From positions 1 to 28,820 of IMG/VR virus record IMGVR_UViG_3300044674_002316: a DNA stretch of 28,820 nt; one strand, 5' to 3'. The DNA comes from a virus (lineage: Duplodnaviria > Caudoviricetes). Each line of letters opens with the position of its first letter. Within the stretch, counting starts at the first letter, position 1. The translations under genes and the position numbers were made by a program. Below are positions 25,610-28,820 of the stretch, piece by piece. The notes under the pieces are model-generated. The model made no database searches, was not told where the DNA came from, and worked only from the letters and a program-made list of their open reading frames with translations.

Positions 25610-26165
25610 TGATGGGATCCCAGTCCTGGACTGCTTTGGTAATGCGTTCTCTGTAGGAGATGGCATCTCTCCACCAGTACGCACAGAGGCAGCGAAGCAG
25701 CAGGGACCGATGATCCCATGTCAGATCGATGGATCACCAGTCGCTGCCACCTTGCGAGGATTTGGGCATGGCTGGCAGGGACAGCACTGGTCGACGAACT
25801 CAGTCGCTGTTGAGATCACAGACAGTCAGCCTCTGGGGTTCCTCACATCAGCAGGCACATTCTCCGTCGACCCAGTCGTCGACGGATCACCCACAGTCCG
25901 CACGACGGGATGTGTGGGTGTCGTAGAGATCATCACAGAGGAGACACACATGACAGATCACACCACCCTCGCAGTACGCAGGCTCACACCACGAGAGTGC
26001 GAGCGGCTAATGGGATGGCCGGATGACTGGACACGCTACGGCGACGATGGTCGAGAACTAGGCGACACTCACCGCTACCGGATGTGTGGCAATGGTGTTG
26101 TGTCAGATGTCGCTGAGTGGATAGGTCGCAGGCTCCCAGATGTAGCTGGAGGCACAGATGACTGA
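25602..26165 (+). CDS. C5 cytosine DNA methyltransferase, C-terminal part (variable region plus motifs IX-X)
   Basis: VRRLTPRECERLMGWPDDW (IX) and RYRMCGNGVV (X). ATG 25602 has a GAGG SD and overlaps the upstream stop by 8 nt. Confidence 0.85.
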   Translation: MTDDGIPVLDCFGNAFSVGDGISPPVRTEAAKQQGPMIPCQIDGSPVAATLRGFGHGWQGQHWSTNSVAVEITDSQPLGFLTSAGTFSVDPVVDGSPTVRTTGCVGVVEIITEETHMTDHTTLAVRRLTPRECERLMGWPDDWTRYGDDGRELGDTHRYRMCGNGVVSDVAEWIGRRLPDVAGGTDD

Positions 26166-26373
26166 CAGCGAGTGGATCACACATGCAGCAAACCGGGGAG
26201 AGGTACTGGTGGAGCGTGACGGCTCCCATATCGCAGCGACGCTGATCGCATGGAAACCTCACAACAATCGTGGATCACGCAGACAGATCGCCAGAGTCCA
26301 GTTCGTATCAGGCTCACAGGCCAGCATCCCCATCGCCCGGATCTCTCTACGGGAGATGACCCATGTCGAGTGA
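26158..26373 (+). CDS. Hypothetical protein (71 aa)
   Basis: GGAGG SD, 8-nt overlap with the previous stop. Confidence 0.6.
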   Translation: MTDSEWITHAANRGEVLVERDGSHIAATLIAWKPHNNRGSRRQIARVQFVSGSQASIPIARISLREMTHVE

Positions 26374-26533
26374 CATCGTCGACTGGCTCATCGCCTACGA
26401 CCTGCACCCATCGAGAGATCAGCACAGATCCTCACGGCTGGTAGAGGCAGCAGACGAGATCGTCAGCCTACGTCAGAGCCTGCTGGAGGCACAGCATCGT
26501 CTCCGCACGATCTCAGAAACAGCCAGCACATGA
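26363..26533 (+). CDS. Small hypothetical protein (56 aa), not in ORF track
   Basis: Reads MSSDIVDWL...LVEAADEIVSLRQ, a pattern common in small phage proteins. GGGAG SD. Fills the gap. Confidence 0.6.
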   Translation: MSSDIVDWLIAYDLHPSRDQHRSSRLVEAADEIVSLRQSLLEAQHRLRTISETAST

Positions 26534-26548
26534 CATCTGGAGGACATC

Positions 26549-27013
26549 ATGGCTGATATCGCACTCACTCTCTGTATCTCTGTGATCGCTCTCGCAGCGA
26601 TCAGACGCATCAGATACGCCTATCAGCAGACAGTAGGCGTGAGGTATGTCTGTCTCAACGAGGAGCATTGTGGATGCCCAGACTGCGACCCAGACGATCT
26701 CGACATCGACGACCGCATGTTCGTCGCACGAGCCGTGCTGGACCAGGTGGAGACACGACTAGAGATCCTCGGATCAGAACGCAAACAGGATCCGCTGCTG
26801 GAGGACTGCCGGGATCTCATCGAACGACTGATGTGGACACCATCCACAGAGGAGCAGCGCAGAGCCTGCGACTGGCGAGAGTTCTGGTGGACACTCATCG
26901 GTATCGACCGTGACGGCCACTACTGGATGCCTGCGCCGCATCTCGAACCGTCTGCACACGAGTGTGTGCGCTGTCATCGAGTGACAATGGACTGGATGCA
27001 GTCATCGATCTGA
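26549..27013 (+). CDS. Hypothetical protein with N-terminal TM and Cys motifs (154 aa)
   Basis: GGAGG SD, hydrophobic N-terminus, CGCPDC and CVRC motifs. Confidence 0.65.
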   Translation: MADIALTLCISVIALAAIRRIRYAYQQTVGVRYVCLNEEHCGCPDCDPDDLDIDDRMFVARAVLDQVETRLEILGSERKQDPLLEDCRDLIERLMWTPSTEEQRRACDWREFWWTLIGIDRDGHYWMPAPHLEPSAHECVRCHRVTMDWMQSSI

Positions 27014-27017
27014 CACA

Positions 27018-27284
27018 TCATCGGTTGCGTCTGCGACGTTTCTCATCGAACCGTTGACGCTCAGTCATACCGCCCCACACTCCCCAGTGCTGGTGCGCCT
27101 CCAGCGCATACTCCAGACACTCTGATCTGACTGGACACTCACGACAGGTCGCTAGAGCCTGCGTGGGACGGCGACCAGATTTGGGATAGAAGATCTCGAT
27201 ATCCATCGACTTGCACGCAGCATCATCAGCCCAGTCACCTAGTGGCACACCTACTTGTGGCAGTTGTAGGTGGCTGTTATCCAT
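27018..27284 (-). CDS. whiB: WhiB-family Fe-S transcription factor
   Basis: WADDAAC...IFYP...ALATCRECPVRSECLEYAL...WGVWGGMTERQR. Probable start 27284 with TATGGT 6 nt upstream (leaderless-type). Confidence 0.93.
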   Translation of the reverse strand: MDNSHLQLPQVGVPLGDWADDAACKSMDIEIFYPKSGRRPTQALATCRECPVRSECLEYALEAHQHWGVWGGMTERQRFDEKRRRRNR

Positions 27285-27362
27285 CTCCACACCATAACTG
27301 CGGAGGTGTGTTACCTGTGGTTCAGCCACATAACACACAGCATTTCTGGTTAGATGGAGCGC

Positions 27363-28820
27363 ATGACCACAGCATTTGAGCAGGTATCAGTCGATCAGCT
27401 AGTACCTCACCCAGACAATCCGCGTATCGGAGATGTCGACCGTATCGCTCTCTCCATCGAGACCAATGGCTGGTATGGCTCAGTCGTCGCACAGAAATCC
27501 ACAGGCTACGTCCTCGCAGGCAACCATCGTCTGCTCGCAGCACGCCAGATCGGTATGGAGGCAGTCCCCGTGTACTGGGTCGATGTCGACGACCAGACAG
27601 CACGACGCATCCTGCTGGCTGACAACCGCCTGTCAGACATCGCCTCATACAACGATCAGGCTCTGCTCGCTCTGCTTCAGGAGGTCGCAGCGACCGACGA
27701 GCTAGACAGCGCAGGCTACACAGATGACGATCTCATCGATCTTGTCACCGCGGTGGCAGATGACATCCCAGATCCACGAGGAGATGAGATTCTGGGAGGA
27801 CCGACACTCGCAGACAGGTTCCTCATCCCACCATTTAGCGTGCTGGACTCACGCTCTGGCACATGGCTGGCACGCAAACACCTGTGGCAAGACCGTGGAC
27901 TGGTCGATACAGAAGCCCGCGACGAGGGACTGACGATGAGCGCAGCCGCGAAACACAACGACTACTACGAGCACAAAGCCCGGGTGGAGCAGGCTCTGGG
28001 ACGCACTCTCACACCAGACGAGGCAGCCCCATATCTGGACAAGATGGAGGACAACGAGCTGGCAAAGACTGGCACGAGCGCATTTGATCCCGTTCTCGCA
28101 GAGTTGATGATCTCGTGGTACTCCCCGGCAGATGGTCGTGTGCTCGACCCGTTCGCTGGTGGACCGACGAGAGGTCTCGTCGCAGCGACTCTAGGCAGAC
28201 AGTATGTGGGGATCGATCTACGTCCAGAACAGGTCGATAGCAACGTCCAGCAGGCTCGCAGGATGCTCACAGACTCAGCCGACGCAGCAGAGTCTGAGCC
28301 GGACGACATCTCACCGATCGAGCATCACGACGGCCTGTGGATAAAGCGGGACGATCTGTTTGTGCTCGCAGGCTCCGCGGGAGGCAAGGTGCGCTCGTGC
28401 TGGCATCTAGCGACCCAGCGGACTGCACGAGGTCTCATCACAGCAGGCTCCCGACACAGCCCACAGGCCAACATCGTGGCTGGTATCGCACGCAGGCTGG
28501 GGATCCCATGCCGGATACACACCTCTGCTGGAGCTGATACACCAGAACTCGCAGCAGCGAGAGCCAACGGCGCAGAGATCATCCAGCACAGCCCCGGCTA
28601 CAACACCGTCATCGTCGCTAGAGCACGGGAGGATGCACAGGATCTGGAGGCAGACGGCTGGGTACATATCCCGTTCGGCATGGAACATGAGGCAGCAGTC
28701 ACCCAGACAGCGACCCAGGTGGTCAACATCCCAGACGAGGTCGAGCGCATCGTCGTCCCAGTCGGATCTGGCATGTCGCTCGCAGGCATCCTCCACGGTC
28801 TCGCAGCGACAGATCGAGAC
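27363..28820 (+). CDS. ParB-N / DNA methyltransferase-like / PLP-dependent fold-II enzyme fusion (partial, runs off the window)
   Basis: Hand translation is open for 486 codons. ParB/Srx: LVPHPDNPR...VLAGNHRLLAA...LADNR. MTase SAM-binding half: GTSAFDPVLAE...VLDPFAGG...YVGIDLRPEQ. PLP fold II: SPIE...WIKRDDL...GGKVR...LITAGS...VVPVGSGMSLAG. Confidence 0.88.
   Translation, partial: MTTAFEQVSVDQLVPHPDNPRIGDVDRIALSIETNGWYGSVVAQKSTGYVLAGNHRLLAARQIGMEAVPVYWVDVDDQTARRILLADNRLSDIASYNDQALLALLQEVAATDELDSAGYTDDDLIDLVTAVADDIPDPRGDEILGGPTLADRFLIPPFSVLDSRSGTWLARKHLWQDRGLVDTEARDEGLTMSAAAKHNDYYEHKARVEQALGRTLTPDEAAPYLDKMEDNELAKTGTSAFDPVLAELMISWYSPADGRVLDPFAGGPTRGLVAATLGRQYVGIDLRPEQVDSNVQQARRMLTDSADAAESEPDDISPIEHHDGLWIKRDDLFVLAGSAGGKVRSCWHLATQRTARGLITAGSRHSPQANIVAGIARRLGIPCRIHTSAGADTPELAAARANGAEIIQHSPGYNTVIVARAREDAQDLEADGWVHIPFGMEHEAAVTQTATQVVNIPDEVERIVVPVGSGMSLAGILHGLAATDRD

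Noticed and set aside
28290-28820. Insert in the MTase considered as an intein
   Set aside because: No intein N-terminal Cys/Ser block or LAGLIDADG motif. The motifs match a PLP fold-II enzyme.

Overview
Part of a tailed (siphovirus-like) phage or prophage genome. The host is probably an Actinomycetota, inferred from a whiB gene, an r1t-like holin and actinophage-style RecT/RepA-like genes. 1-12.5 kb is the tail module: two paralogous tail-tube genes, a tail assembly chaperone with a G-GGA-AAA -1 frameshift, a tape measure protein carrying LysM, two paralogous minor tail proteins and tail fibres. 12.5-15.8 kb holds lysis and membrane genes plus a mucin-like Thr-rich surface protein. 15.8-24.2 kb is an early/regulatory region (HTH, sigma-region-4-only protein, RecT-like, RepA-like, HNH, RusA-like) with a repeated promoter + 5' hairpin + start-associated-sequence element and a terminator-bounded divergent cassette. 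24.2-28.8 kb is DNA modification. It contains a C5 cytosine methyltransferase spread over three ORFs (one overprinted), whiB, and a long ORF missing from the ORF track (27363 to the window end). That ORF fuses ParB-N, an amino-MTase SAM-binding half and a PLP fold-II enzyme domain, and is the most interesting candidate for a new base-modification system. All calls come from motif recognition by eye; no searches were run.
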